From the NCBI RefSeq assembly GCF_964355755.1, contig NC_092670.1, positions 29,996,388 to 30,060,387 on the forward strand: 64,000 nt of DNA, written 5' to 3'. Position numbers and translations under genes: made by a program. Positions 38,014 to 50,286 of the stretch are shown piece after piece (position 1 is the stretch's first letter; each line of letters begins with the position of its first letter). The stretch is from Antedon mediterranea. Lineage: Eukaryota > Animalia > Echinodermata. Below the pieces are notes generated by a model. The model worked only from the letters and a program-made list of their open reading frames with translations. It was not told where the DNA came from and made no database searches.

Positions 38014-40682
38014 AGTTTCTATTCGAAACAAACAAACAAAAACACAGGTTAAAATAATAACCAATATGACGATAATTAAGGCACCAGTAATGAAATACCT
38101 GCCAAGCCCACACAATATTAAACCTACCGTGCGCCGTGGTCTCAATAACTAGACCCCTAAAATCAAAGCCAAACAGACTTCTAGTATCATAGGCAAGCCT
38201 ACACAAGCCTAAAACAACAACACAGTGTACTGGCTCGACGACCGCCAAACCTCGTTCGTTATAAAACGCCTCTAAACCTAAAACCAGTTTAGAATAAGTA
38301 ACTAAAATTACCATCAGTTCGATCTACAACTACAATTCCGTACTTTGTTCCCGGATGACCCCCCAATTTGTTACGGGCTCGCTCGTTAGGCTGAAACCAA
38401 CAATAAGAACATAACAAAACACGTTGTAGTTGTCGTCCATCTTTATTCATCTCTTCTCTTTTACTCTAGAGGGCTCACTTCTGTGTGACAAACCCATCAC
38501 AATATTATTATTAGAGTATTATGGGGTATTTTTTATTTTTGTAAAAGAACGTGTGGGTTCGTTTGGTGATCTATTTAAACTTGCAATAGTATGGTAAGTT
38601 GCGTAATGTCTGTCCGTACTATCAAACCTAAAATGAAGTTCAAATTAAATTATTTGTTGCTGAATAAATTTCACATTTCATTATTATTAGTGGACAATAA
38701 CAAATGGACTAGGCCTAGGCTAGTAGGCCTATAGAGGTAGCCTAACTAACAGGACTAGCCTAGGCCTAGGCTAGAAAGACTTAAATATTTATACTAATTA
38801 GGCCTCCTAGGTAGCCTCGAAGTCTGAACATTAAGCAAATTAGTATTACTTCTACTCGCGAAATAAACTACGTACGTACGAGTACGCAAAAAAAATCACC
38901 TATTATGGACAACACAATGGATGGCGCAGTACTCCAATAAACTCGCCTATTGTGGACAAAAAGTCACCTATTTTGGACAGCCAATTATGAAAGTCACCTA
39001 TTATGGACAAACAACAGCGCCCTCTAGTCCCTATTATGGACAGAGAGTAACCTATTATGGACAGAAAAGTAACCTATTATGGACAGATTTCACCAACCCC
39101 GCTCAATTGTTGTCAGTACACACTGTGCGCGTGTCACGGGCTCACTGAGCCCTTGATTTTTAAATGAAATAAACAACTCCCGCGTTCACTGACTCATTCT
39201 TTGCCTTTATTTTACCTGACAATACGTCAGGTAAAAATCAATTATAATGAAAATCAATTTATCTTAGCTTTCTTTTGACTTGCTTGTTAAATATTTTGTA
39301 AAATTCAAAAGTTTAAACACCTTGATTTGGTACGAACGCGAACATTTCCAGGAATGGCTGTATTGGGTGCGCCCAATACTAGCCACTGATGCCTAGTCCT
39401 AATAATTAGTCTCAGTTCTAAATGAATGAATATCTGTTTATAAATATGTGGTTTTTTTTCAGAATCAACAACAATAATATTAATCTTTTTTTCAAAGAGG
39501 TATCATTTCATTTCGAAGGCACTTTTTGACATACGGAACTGGACTAGTGGAGTAAATTTTCATTTCAGTCATTGTCGTCGCTTTTTAACGATTTTGTCTT
39601 ATTAAATGCATATTACTTTCGTTTATTTGTTTTAATAGATATATTCAACATAACAGCATCACATCGTTAGACAATACTCTCTTTAAGGATTCACCGTCCA
39701 TAAATAAATTGTAAGTATGTTATTACAATTGATATGAGTGTTACTGTATGACCTCCGACGACACAACACCACTAACCAAAAACTATACAATTGACATTGT
39801 TTAATTCTTACATACTAAAGATCACTACAATATTTTATTTTTCAGAGACATATCGTTCAACCAAATACATACTATTGAACCTTTTACTTTTGCAAAGCTC
39901 CAATTATCAGTAATGTAAGTATTCTGGTACAATAATTGTAGATTTCTAAAATGAATGTTGGTAAACTAAGTCAATTAATTGAAGTGTGCTGATTCGGTCA
40001 AATACCCTTATTTAGGTACTGGGTTTATAATATAAATGGCATAATTGAGTATGGTATCTAGGTATACTATGTATTTGCTGATGGTACTTGTATATATGTT
40101 ACGGGAAAAAAGGTAATGATATAAATAATGATCTACCAAAAATAGTAAACTCTATTACCGAATGGTATAAAAAAATCTTCTTACTATTAATGCTGATAAA
40201 ACAAAATAAATGATTATTAAAAAGAGAGGAAACAAGTTAACTAATATAACAACTCTAAATATAAATATTAATGGTATCAAAAAATTTAACAACACAAGTT
40301 AACAATGTGCGATATCTTGGATTGCAAATCAATGATAACCTAAGCTGGAACAACATGTACTTAATATAAACAAATCTGTTGGTTACAAGATAACAATGTT
40401 GGGGAAAATGAGTAAATTTTTATTTAAAACACTAATTGAAATACTGTACAAAACTACTATTGAACCTTGTATTGATTATGGAATTACAGTATGGGGAAAT
40501 ACCTCATATTGTTTTATTGATATTGCAAAGAAACAACAAAGACGTGCTGCTAGAATCACGTCAGGAAACTATGATTTTATAAACTTCAGAGGGGATGACA
40601 TTATCAATGACCTGGGTTGGAAGTCCTTTGAACAGAGGCGTGAATTTTCAATATATTGAATGATGTACAAATGCATTCATAG

Positions 40683-41012
40683 TGAGTGAGTGAGTGAGTG
40701 AGTGGCCGAGCGGTTAAGACAGTGGAACCGTAATCACGTAGCCATAACATCGGCAGGGGTTCGAGGCTCACTCACTCCATGGTTCTGGTGGTAGAATGAG
40801 TCTTCTCGGATAAGGACTATAAACCGTAGGTCCAGTGTACACAACTTGCTCGTGTGCACTTTAAAGAACCTAGTACATCTTTCGAGACGAGTAGGGGGTT
40901 ACCCCGGTGTACTAGTACATCACGGCCACTGATCACCAACTGGGCCCTCTGGGAGATCAGTCTTTGACTGAAGAGGTCACCCAGTATAAAGATAAAACAA
41001 ACAAACAAACAA
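40683..41012 (+). mobile_element. tRNA-headed SINE with Deu/Nin-type central domain
   Basis: A box TGGCCGAGCGG, B box GGTTCGAGGCT, central TCTCGGATAAGGACTATAAACCGTAGGTCC...TTAAAGAACC...GAGTAGGGGGTTACCCCGGTGT, (CAAA)n tail, short ATAG duplication. Confidence 0.8.
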
Positions 41013-41657
41013 ATAGCATAGCCCCTCAACGTTTGGTAGATCAAGTTGAATTAATCATTGATAGACATGGTTATAATACTCGATTGGCAAAACCCTTAAA
41101 TGTAGTTATACTCAAGATAAATGTTAGCAAAATGAATATGTCACTTCAAGTGGCTGGTTGGAAAGTATGTGTGATGGGTTTGTCACACGGAAGTGAGCCC
41201 TCTAGAGTAAAAGGAAGGAGATAAATAAAGATGGACGACAACTACAACGTGTTTTGTTATATTCTTATTGTTGGTTTCAGCCTAACGAGCGAGCCCGTAA
41301 CAAATTGGGAGGTCATCCGGGAACAAAGTACGGAATTGTAGTTGTAGATCGAACTGATGGTAATTTTAGTTGCTTATTCTAAGCTGGTTTTAGGTTTAGA
41401 GGCGTTTTATAGCGAACGAGGTTTGGCGGTCGTCGAGCCAGTACACTGTGTTGTTGTTTTAGGCTTGTGTAGGCTTGCCTGTGAGACTAGAAGTCGGTTT
41501 GGCTTTGATTTTAGGGGTCTAGTTATTGAGACCACGGCGCACGGTAAGTTTGATACTATGTGGGCTTGGCAGGTATTTCATTACTGGTGCCTTAATTATC
41601 GTCATATTGGTTATTATTTTAACCTGTGTTTTTGTTTGTTTGTTTCGAATAGAAACT

Positions 41658-44600
41658 ATGACAGAAAGTGATTTTGACGAAGAATTTTTGGATAGCATGT
41701 CCATTGAGGTGGTAGCTCAGCTATCAGAGGAGCGTTTCCGACTCCTAGGTACTAGGGTTGGAGCATCTATAAATGATTACATGAATAAATATGACTTGAT
41801 AAATGTGATTGGAAATCATGTTGGTTTAATTACTCATGAATCCGTAAAAACTGCGGGGAATGAGGTCGAGTTGGCTAGAATTGAGTTGGAACGTGAAAAA
41901 TTGATTTTTGAAAGAAGATAAATAGAGATGCAAACTCAAAGAGAAATGAAAATAGAAAAACATGAATTTGAGTTAAGGAAATTAGAATTAGCTAACCAAA
42001 TGGATCACACCACACGGGTTTCTACACCTAATGATTCAGAGATTACTCAGAATATTAAATGGGTTCCCAAGTTTAATGAGGACGAGGTAGAGACATATTT
42101 TTTGGCATTTGAGAAAATTGCTAATAGATTAAAGTGGCCTGCTATACACTGGACTGTGTTGTTACAAACTGCTCTTATGGGTAAAGCCCAAGAGGTATTT
42201 TCTGCTTTGGCTGATGATCAATGTGAAAGCTATGATGCGGTTAAAACTGCTGTTTTGTCAGCTAATGAGTTAGTTCCAGAGGCGTATCGTCAGAAATTTA
42301 GGAACTTAGGTAAACCTTATGATCAAACATTTACGGAATTTACACGTAAGAAGCAGATCCTTTTTGATAGATGGTGTAGTTCGGAAGAAGTAAACGGTGA
42401 ATTTGGAAAGCTTCGCGAGCTTATGTTAGTTGAGGAGTTTAAATCTTGTTCCCCTACTGAAGTTCGTACACATCTAGAGGAGCAGAAAGTGGATAATTTA
42501 ATGAAAGCGGCTTCTGTTACCGATAATTATGTGCTCACGCACAAGGTGGTGGATACCAAATCGGTTTCAAAACTTGTTGATGATTCTAAGGTCGAAAGTC
42601 AGAAAACTACAGTTAATAGTAGTAGTAAATTTGTAAGAACTTGTTTTTACTGCAAGAAAAAGGGTCATATAAAGACAGATTGCTGGCTGTTTAAAAGCAA
42701 AGCTAAAAGGGATAATAAGAAACCCCAATCACTTCCAAACACGTTAGTAAATACAGTCCCGTTGAAAGTGACAGAGAGTCATGACGTTGATGAAAGTGAG
42801 AAATTGATCCAATCTTCAGGTCCGGAAAAAGTGCGAAAGCTATTTAAGCCTTTCCTCTCTACTGGTTCTGTAGCATTGATCAACGATGTGAATCTGAGTA
42901 AAGTTCGTATCTTAAGAGACACAGGGGCGTCACAATCCCTGATAATAGAATCGGCATTGTCATTTTCAAACGAGTCTTCTGCTGTGTACCCATTCAAGGT
43001 GTTGAAGGGGGTTATAAGGAAGTCCCACTTCATGTAATTCGGATTGAAACAGATATTGTTAGCGGAGATTTTGTTGTCGGTGTCGTTCCGAGTCTTCCAG
43101 TATGGGGTGTCACACTCCTTTTGGGGAATGATTTGGCCGGAGACAGAGTGACAGTAGAACCGGTTGTGTGCAAGAGTCCTGTTGAAGACGAAAGTACGGT
43201 GTGTTTAGAGAAAGAATTATCACATGTGTTTCCATCATGTGCGGTGACGCGATCTATGGCAAATAAAACCATAGATGAGGATGAGAGTATTGACTTATGT
43301 GATAGTTTTTACGGAGACATTACGGTTCGCGTTTCCCAAGAGGCTGTCTGTTCAGGTCCCGAGTCACACACTGCCCAGGCTGAACAACAGCACCCAAAAG
43401 TGTGTGATTTCGGTCCGACAGTTCTCAATCGGTTCAGGTTAGTGGAAGAGCAGAGTAAAGATCCTGATTTGGTGTCATTTGGTCAGCAAGCTCTTTCTGT
43501 AGAGGAACTGTCTATTGTTCCTGTTTGTTATTATATAAAGGATGGCATACTTATGCGTAAGTGGAGGCCACCAGATATTCCAAGTAGTGATGTTTGGAAT
43601 GAGATTCACCAGATAGTTATTCCTAGTGGATACCGTCGGGATATTATTGGTATTGCGCATGATGATCCTCTTTCAGGTCATTTAGGTGTCAATAAAACAG
43701 ACAAAATTCTCAGGCATTTCTTTTGGCCAGGTCTTAGAAAAGATGTGTCTAACTATTGTAAATCCTGTCATGCGTGTCAGGTAGTGGGGGAAGCCTAATC
43801 AAAAGGTTCCAGTAGCCCCACTTAAGCCTATTCCTGCATTCGGTGAACCATTTTCAAGAGTTATTGTTGATTGTGTGGGACCACTACCACGTACTAAAAA
43901 TGGAAATGAGTATCTATTAACAATAATGTGTGCAAAATAATTGATGTCATGTGGAGGAAAATACAAGTTATTATTGAACAACAGTTTAAAAGAAAAGTGA
44001 TTCTAGATAAAGAAAGGATATGTTTTGGTATTGAAAATCATAGAAATAATCATGCAATTAATTACTTAATACTGATTGTAAAATTGTATATTTATAACTG
44101 CAAAGTTAACGAACAAAAACCTCATATAAATCACTTTAAATCGGTATATGAGAGGTATAAAGAAATTGAAAAGTACATTGTTTTTAAAAATAGCTAGACT
44201 GTTGATATTTATGTATAAAAATAGCCATATATGTTTTGTAACTTAAAAAGGTTACTTTATTATTATTTTGTATTACTTTGTAATGTAACCAAGTTATGTA
44301 ATGTATACTGTTTTATGAAATATAGAAAAAAAAAAAAAAAAAAAATAATAATAATGTGTGCATCAAATAGGTTTCCAGAAGCCATTCCTCTTAGGCGTAT
44401 TACAGCATGTTGTTAAATCATTGGTAAAATTCTTTACATGGGTAGGATTGCCTAAAGCTGTTCAGTCCGATCAAGGATCAAACTTCATGTCAAAGATATT
44501 TAAACAAGTCTTAGAGTAGTTAGGTGTTGCCCATATAAGTTCAAGTGCTTACCATCCACAGTTTCAAGGGCACTTGAGAGATTTCATCAAGCACTTAAAA

Positions 44601-46616
44601 ATATGATTAAAACCTATTGTTTTCAATGTGAAAAGGAATGGGATGAGGGAGTTCCCTTATTGTTATTTGCTGTTCGTGAAACAGTGCAAGAGTCCTTATG
44701 GTTTAGCCCATTTGAGTTGGTGTATGGTCATTCGGTCCGAGGCCTTCTTACAATAGTCAAAGAAAGGCTGTTAGGGAATGCAGAAGAGTCTGTATCGATA
44801 CTAGATTATGTGCCTGAATTTCGTGATCGATTAAATCGTGCTCGTGAGATGGCTAGAAAGAATCTTGTGAAGGCTCAGTGTAAAATGAAGAGATTGTTTG
44901 ATAGGAAATCAGAAAAGAGAAGCTTTAGTTCAGGTAATGAAGTGTTAGTTATGTTGCCTCTTCCCAGTCAACCATTATCTGCAAGATTTGCTGGTCCTTA
45001 CAAAGTATTAGAAAGAGTAGGAGAAGTTGACTATGTGTTAGATACTCCAGATAGGCGTAAGAAGAAGCGACTGTGTCATATAAACATGTTGAAACCATAC
45101 ACAGCGAGAAATAATAGTAATACTTGTACGTCAACACCAGTTACGTGTGTTGTTGAAGATAATTCTGAAGAGTTTGGGGATCCTGATACATGTGTTAAGT
45201 TCAGTAATTCAGATGCCCTTGCAAACATTGAAGAGAATGTTGGTCATTTATCTCGTGATCGTAAGGTTGAAATTGTTAGTTTGATATTTGGAAATCTGCA
45301 GTTGTTTTCGGATGTTCCAGGTCGAACGAACTTAGTGGAGCGTTAAGACAGCTGATTGTTCACCAATAAAACAAAATTCATATAGAGCAAATCCATTCAA
45401 GATGAAGATATTACAAAATGAGATTGATTACATGATTAAGAATGATATAATCGAGCCTAGTTGCAGTGCTTGGAGTTCTCCATGTATATTAGTTCAGAAG
45501 CCAGATAAATCGTATCGTTTTTGTACTGATTATCGGAAGGTTAATGCTAAATCTACTACAGATTCATATCCCATACCGAGGATAGACGACTGTATTGATC
45601 GTGTGGGTAGTGCTAAGTTTGTCAGTAAATTTGATCTTCTAAAGGGTTACTGGCAAATTCCTTTAACAGAGCGAGCGAAAGAAGTGTCAGCTTTTGTAAC
45701 TCCCATAGGTCTTTATCAGTATAAAGTCATGCCTTTCGGTTTAAAGAATGCACCAGCCACGTTCCAGAGATTGGTTAATGGTATAATTTCAGGGTTGGAG
45801 GGCTGTGAAGCTTATATAGACGATTTGGTTGTTTATAGTGATACATGGGATGTTCATGTGCAGAGAATTAAGGCATTGTTTGACAGGTTGACAGCTGCAA
45901 AGTTGACAGTAAATTTGGTGAAAAGCGAGTTTTCCTGTGCAGAAATTGTGTTCTTAGGTCATAAAGTTGGTTGCGGAAAAGTGAAACCATTAAGTGCTAA
46001 GATTAAGGCAGTCTGTGATTTCCCAGTTCCAAAGAGTAAGCAGGAGTTAATGCGTTTCTTGGAAATGGCTGGGTTTTTTCGACGTTTTTGCAGAAGTTTC
46101 TCAACGCTTGTAGCTCCATTAACGAATCTACTGAAAAAGAATGCGAGTTTTGTGTGGTTGGAGGAATGCAATAATGCGTTCATTAAAGTTAAAGCGATGT
46201 TATCAAACGAACCGGTGTTGATGGCTCCACAATTTGATAAACAGTTCTCGTTGATGATTGATGCCCGTGATGTTGGTTCTGGTGCTGTGTTTGCGCAAAC
46301 AGACGAGAATGGTGTTGACAAGCCTGTGTGTTTCTACTCGAGAAAATTCAACCAGCATGAGAAACGTTATTCTACTGTTGAGAAGGAGACATTAGCTTTG
46401 ATGTCAGCGTTAAAGCACTTTGAAGTGTATCTTGGATCTACTCCGTTTCCAATTGTTGTTTGGACTGACCACAACCCATTAACGTTCTTGGCAAGAATGA
46501 AGGACAAGAATCAACGCCTGTTGAGATGGAGTTTAGCAGTTCAAAAAATGAATCTGGAAATTCATCATATCAGAGGAAAAGACAATGTTGTAGCTGACGC
46601 TTTGTCAAGAGTTTAG
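41658..46616 (+). pseudogene. gag-pol (Gag - PR - IN - RT - RNase H) with stops, frameshifts and a LINE insertion
   Basis: ORF pieces 41658-41921, 41928-43037, 43121-43798, 44603-45346, 45402-46616; RT motifs WSSP, RFCTDYRKVN, FDLLKGYWQ, MPFGLKNAPATFQ, YIDD lie downstream of the integrase. Confidence 0.92.
43935..44349 (+). mobile_element. Short 5'-truncated Tx1/L1-like LINE 3' end inserted in the Gypsy integrase
   Basis: 13-bp TSD AATAATGTGTGCA (43922-43934, 44350-44362), poly(A) at about 44326-44345, peptide AINYLILIVKLYIYNCK similar to AINAIILIVKSFIYKCK of the 29336 ORF2. Confidence 0.9.
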
Positions 46617-49292
46617 ATAAAACATGCATGAAATGATTTTAAAAGTGTTGTTGATTTTGAAAGTGTTTATTTAATTATAATATGTTAGTTGTGATAGAGT
46701 GATGCATTAATGGCATACACGGATTTAAAGTAATTAGAACTTGTGAAATTTTAAAGAAGCAGTTGAAGTAAATTCATATCAACGACCTGTTAAAATAACT
46801 ACTGTATAAGAAAGGATTTAAGATGTTATAGTAAACAGTTATAAGTTTAATCATATCAAACTTTCTTTAAGTGGGGGTGTGTGATGGGTTTGTCACACGG
46901 AAGTGAGCCCTCTAGAGTAAAAGGATGGAGATGAATAAAGATGGACGACAACTAAAACGTGTTTTGTTATATTCTTATTGTTGGTTTCAGCCTAACGAGC
47001 GAGCCCGTAATATATGGAATAACCTTCCTATATCATTGCAAGAAGCGACCTCTTACAATGCATTTAAATATAAGTACAAAACACAACAAAAAGGATGTAT
47101 TTAAATACAAACTTCAACTTGAGAACCTGTGTAATTGCGATGTACTTACTTAACTGTTTGTTATTATTAATTCTGTATCTGTATTTAAAATGTCATTGTA
47201 CTTGTATGTCTTTCGATAATCTAAAACAAAAACAAAAATTTGTTTTTGTAAATTTTGTAACTTATGACTTTTAGTTTATAAATAAATAAATAAATCTAAC
47301 TTACCATTGAGTTCATAATCGCAGAAATGTGTTTTAATCGTTATTAATAGTCAATGTCGACCTCTCTTTATTTTTTTTGGTTTATATATTTTAGAGATAT
47401 TCAGTATAACCACAACCTTCAAAGGCTTTGTGAAAATTCATTTGCATTGACTACAAGGCTTAACTATGGAATGTAAGTAATCAGAAAGGTACTGATGGAA
47501 AATATACTAACATACTTTATTAGACATAGATTGTACCAGATAATACATTGTGTGTTGATTGAGCTGTATATTTGTAATGCGTGCCTCTCTAGTAGAACTA
47601 CATTTAACAAGAATAATGAGATATTTACACCAAAAAAAAATTCCATTAAATGATAAGTTTCTGTGATTGATTATCATTATAATGATATCTTCTTCTTTCA
47701 ATAGAGTTATTGCAAACAATAACCTTGTACACATTTCTACTGGAACTTTCAAAAACGTTACAGGCGGAAGTGGAATGTAAGTAAAAGAGTCGATATGACA
47801 ATTAGTAAGTTACTAGAGGGTTTGCTCGCTCACTCTCTAGTGAGTGTACATGGATGGTTCTCAAAAATAAGACCACGCCTCTGGAGACCCGGGTGAGACC
47901 TATGCATAAATTATGCATGCTGAGGAGTCCCCAACCTATGTACTGAGACAAAAATATTCGAGTAATTATAGCTAGTGTGATTATTTAGAGGTAACAGAGT
48001 TGAAGTTGGTAGCTGAAATGATGTTTGCAACCCGGAAATCGCAAAGTTATGACGAACCTGGAACTAACTTTACCACCGACGGTTAAAAATCTACCGATGA
48101 TATAATACATATTGTTTTAAAACCCTTAGTAATTTTTTTTTACAGTAATTTTGATGTAATAGTCTACGTAATTAACATTATGCTAGGCTTGACATCAATC
48201 AAACTATAGAGTTTAAAATGCATGCATCAATTAATGTGTGCATCATATTTTCATATAAAACTAATGTACCATTAGTACTAACGTACTAATGTATGTAATG
48301 TAATGTAAGACTACCTTATAATTAGTATTGTTCAAAATGTACTAGATTTTTAAACGGAAACACCTTACAAAACATACCATCAAGAGCATTTCAGGGTGGA
48401 AATACACAAATAATGTAAGTATTGTTTGCCTTGATCATGTCAGTAAATAAAAAATCTGACAATTTACATTGATACAACTTATATAGATAATTATGTATGT
48501 TGTCTTTAAAAAAAGTTATCATATATATCGTCAGTTTCCGAGTATAAATTGAAAATAATTTATAACCATGAAAACATAAGACATTTGTTTTGGTCGAAAT
48601 ATTAAACGTTTATTTACTATCCGTAGTCTATTATTTTTGTTAACTTTTTTTTTAATACCAATATATTTACAACGCTATAAACGAATTCGTTACCTCACAA
48701 ACGTGTGTCCTGTCTTTTTAGCAATCTTGAAGAAAACAAGATTAGTTTTATACACAAGGACGCCTTCTTTGCACTGGACAGTATTCATATTCTGTGAGTA
48801 TGTAATTGGTACACTATAAGCATAAAGCCTATAAATACGCGTGTGTTAATTCTTAAAGTTCCATTCCCTATAATTTTCGATTTTTAAAATAATAAATAGT
48901 ACTTTTAAAACATCAAACCAGTTCATTCCTTGTCTTAAATGTACGTGTTATGGTAAATTATGATTTTAAAAAAACCGTGGCTAAAGATACGGTACGGTAT
49001 CCATACTTCTTAAAACTAAAGGTACGGTAGGTAAGTTTTGTAGGACTAGCTGATAAATAGCAGTAACGTACGAACACCGTGCGTTAGCTATATACCTAGC
49101 CTGACGTTGTATAGTTGCTGCATTAATTGTCTTTCTGTTTTTTCCAAATTGGGGAAACCTAGGTATTTCCGTGAAAAGTTACGATTCTTTTTTGGGCTTC
49201 ACGATCTATGGAAAAGTGGGTGAATGAATCACAGAAGAAAAACGAAACGCTAACTCCGCGCGCAATGCAAGTTGGGACTTATATCGGGCTGT

Positions 49293-50132
49293 TTAAATTA
49301 TTAGAATCGACTTATTCTTTTCTTTTTTGTTGTGTATCACTCTATCGATGGCCCAATTTGGATATTCACATATATTAAGTACCTTTCGAATGTGCTTCAT
49401 CTCTTCTCTTTTGCTCTGCTGTGTTGTTACAATGTTTTGGCATCTGTCCACTAGTGTGTTGATGACGCTCAGCTTGTGCTCAAGAGGATGATTTGATTTG
49501 AAGTTTAAGTATTGGTCAGTATGTGTGGGTTTCCTGTAAATCGAAGTTTCTATAGTACCGTCAGTTTTTAGGGTGATGAGGCAGTCCAAGAATGGAAGAG
49601 TGTTGTCGGTCATTCTTTCTGTAGTAAACTTGATACTTTTAGTAGGGTCTATGGTGTTAAGATGTTTGTTAAGATCTTCTATAGATTCCTTTTCGACCAC
49701 AGCTAACACATCATCTACATACCTTCGCCAATAAGTGGGTCTGATGTTGTCATTTGCCCTGCTTATGGCCTCAGTCTCCAACCATTCTAAAAACAGGTTC
49801 GCAACGATTAGGCTAATTGGACTTCCCATAGCTATGCCAGATTTTTGCCTGTATATGATGTTTCCAAAACTGAAGTATGCCGTGTTCACGACCAGAGACA
49901 ACAGTTCCATAACATCTTCTACTTTCAGTTTTGTACGGTTTTGTAGAGTTTTGTTAGCCCTCAAGCATTCATGTATTATTTCAAGTGATTTTTCCGTAGG
50001 GGTCTTTGTAAACAAAGACACTACATCAAATGAAACAAAGGTATGGTTAAGTGACACATGAAGATCTTTTACTTCGGTGGCTAGTTCTTTAGAGTTGTTT
50101 ATTGAGTGTGTGGTGTTGCCAACCATTGGCAA
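49293..50132 (-). pseudogene. Penelope-like element reverse transcriptase fragment
   Basis: SFDVVSLFT, YRQKSGIAMGSPIS, YWRRYVDD, LPFLD, IYRKPTHTDQYLNFKSNHP; truncated at both ends. Confidence 0.9.
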
Positions 50133-50245
50133 TCCCTCTGGGATTCACCCAGAGGTTTTCAAGCAATAACTCAGATAGGGCGCATGTCACAACAACATCA
50201 CGTGACTATGCCATGATCAGTGTCGGCAAACCAAGCTGACACCAC

Positions 50246-50286
50246 TACCTTGAGAAAGTGCGATGCTAACGCACGAAACGTTGGTA
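50246..50286 (+). ncRNA. Atypical minimal hammerhead ribozyme motif (U3-A8 core variant) in an inverted Penelope terminal repeat
   Basis: TACC-TTGAGAA-A-GTGCG-atgctaa-CGCAC-GAAA-CG-TT-GGTA: stem I TACC/GGTA, 5-bp stem II, palindromic AACGTT; directly adjacent to the PLE RT fragment. Confidence 0.6.

Larger units (their letters stand above)
32909..38501 (-). mobile_element. Gmr1-type Gypsy LTR retrotransposon, copy 1 (defective)
   Basis: Identical 133-bp LTRs (32909-33041, 38369-38501; TG...CA), 4-bp TSD ATAT, tRNA-Pro-like PBS TGGGGGGTCATCCGGGA, PPT AAGTGGGGGTG. Confidence 0.95.
26659..39101. mobile_element. Non-autonomous hAT-like DNA element (about 3 kb core) expanded to 12.4 kb by nested insertions
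   Basis: Termini GGGTTGGTGAAATCTGTCCATAATAGG...CCTATTATGGACAGATTTCACCAACCC, imperfect inverted similarity over about 430 bp, multiple subterminal TGTCCATAATAGG motifs; no transposase ORF and no clean TSD seen. Confidence 0.7.
41170..47012 (+). mobile_element. Gmr1-type Gypsy LTR retrotransposon, copy 2 (near full-length, decayed)
   Basis: 133-bp LTRs 41170-41302 and 46880-47012 differing at 4 positions, TSD TATG (41166-41169, 47013-47016), PBS TGGGAGGTCATCCGGGA, PPT before 46880. Confidence 0.95.
40030..47296 (+). mobile_element. Degenerate CR1/L2-group LINE 3' part, split by a SINE and by Gypsy copy 2 (pieces about 40030-40682, 41013-41169, 47013-47296)
   Basis: Reading across insertions: INADKTK, RYLGLQINDNLSW, LYKTTIEPCIDYGITVWG, RAARI, LGWKS, MYKCIH|SIAP, GYNTR, GWKV|WNNLP; (AAAT)n tail at about 47278-47296. 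Confidence 0.75.

Noticed and set aside
39463-39550. Extra LRR-like exon in gene B (AG|AATCAACAACAATAATATT...)
   Set aside because: Good acceptor, but the phase-2 frame hits TGA, no in-phase donor is clear and no counterpart was found in gene A; at most a decayed exon.
3268-48793. Scattered LRR modules as a VLR-like somatic assembly cassette system
   Set aside because: Modules have canonical splice sites, consistent phase and the same order in both paralogs; they are ordinary exons, not donor cassettes.
14578-49735. Antisense ORFs overlapping transposase, LINE, Gypsy and PLE coding regions
   Set aside because: Shadow frames of genuine coding sequence with no recognisable motifs.
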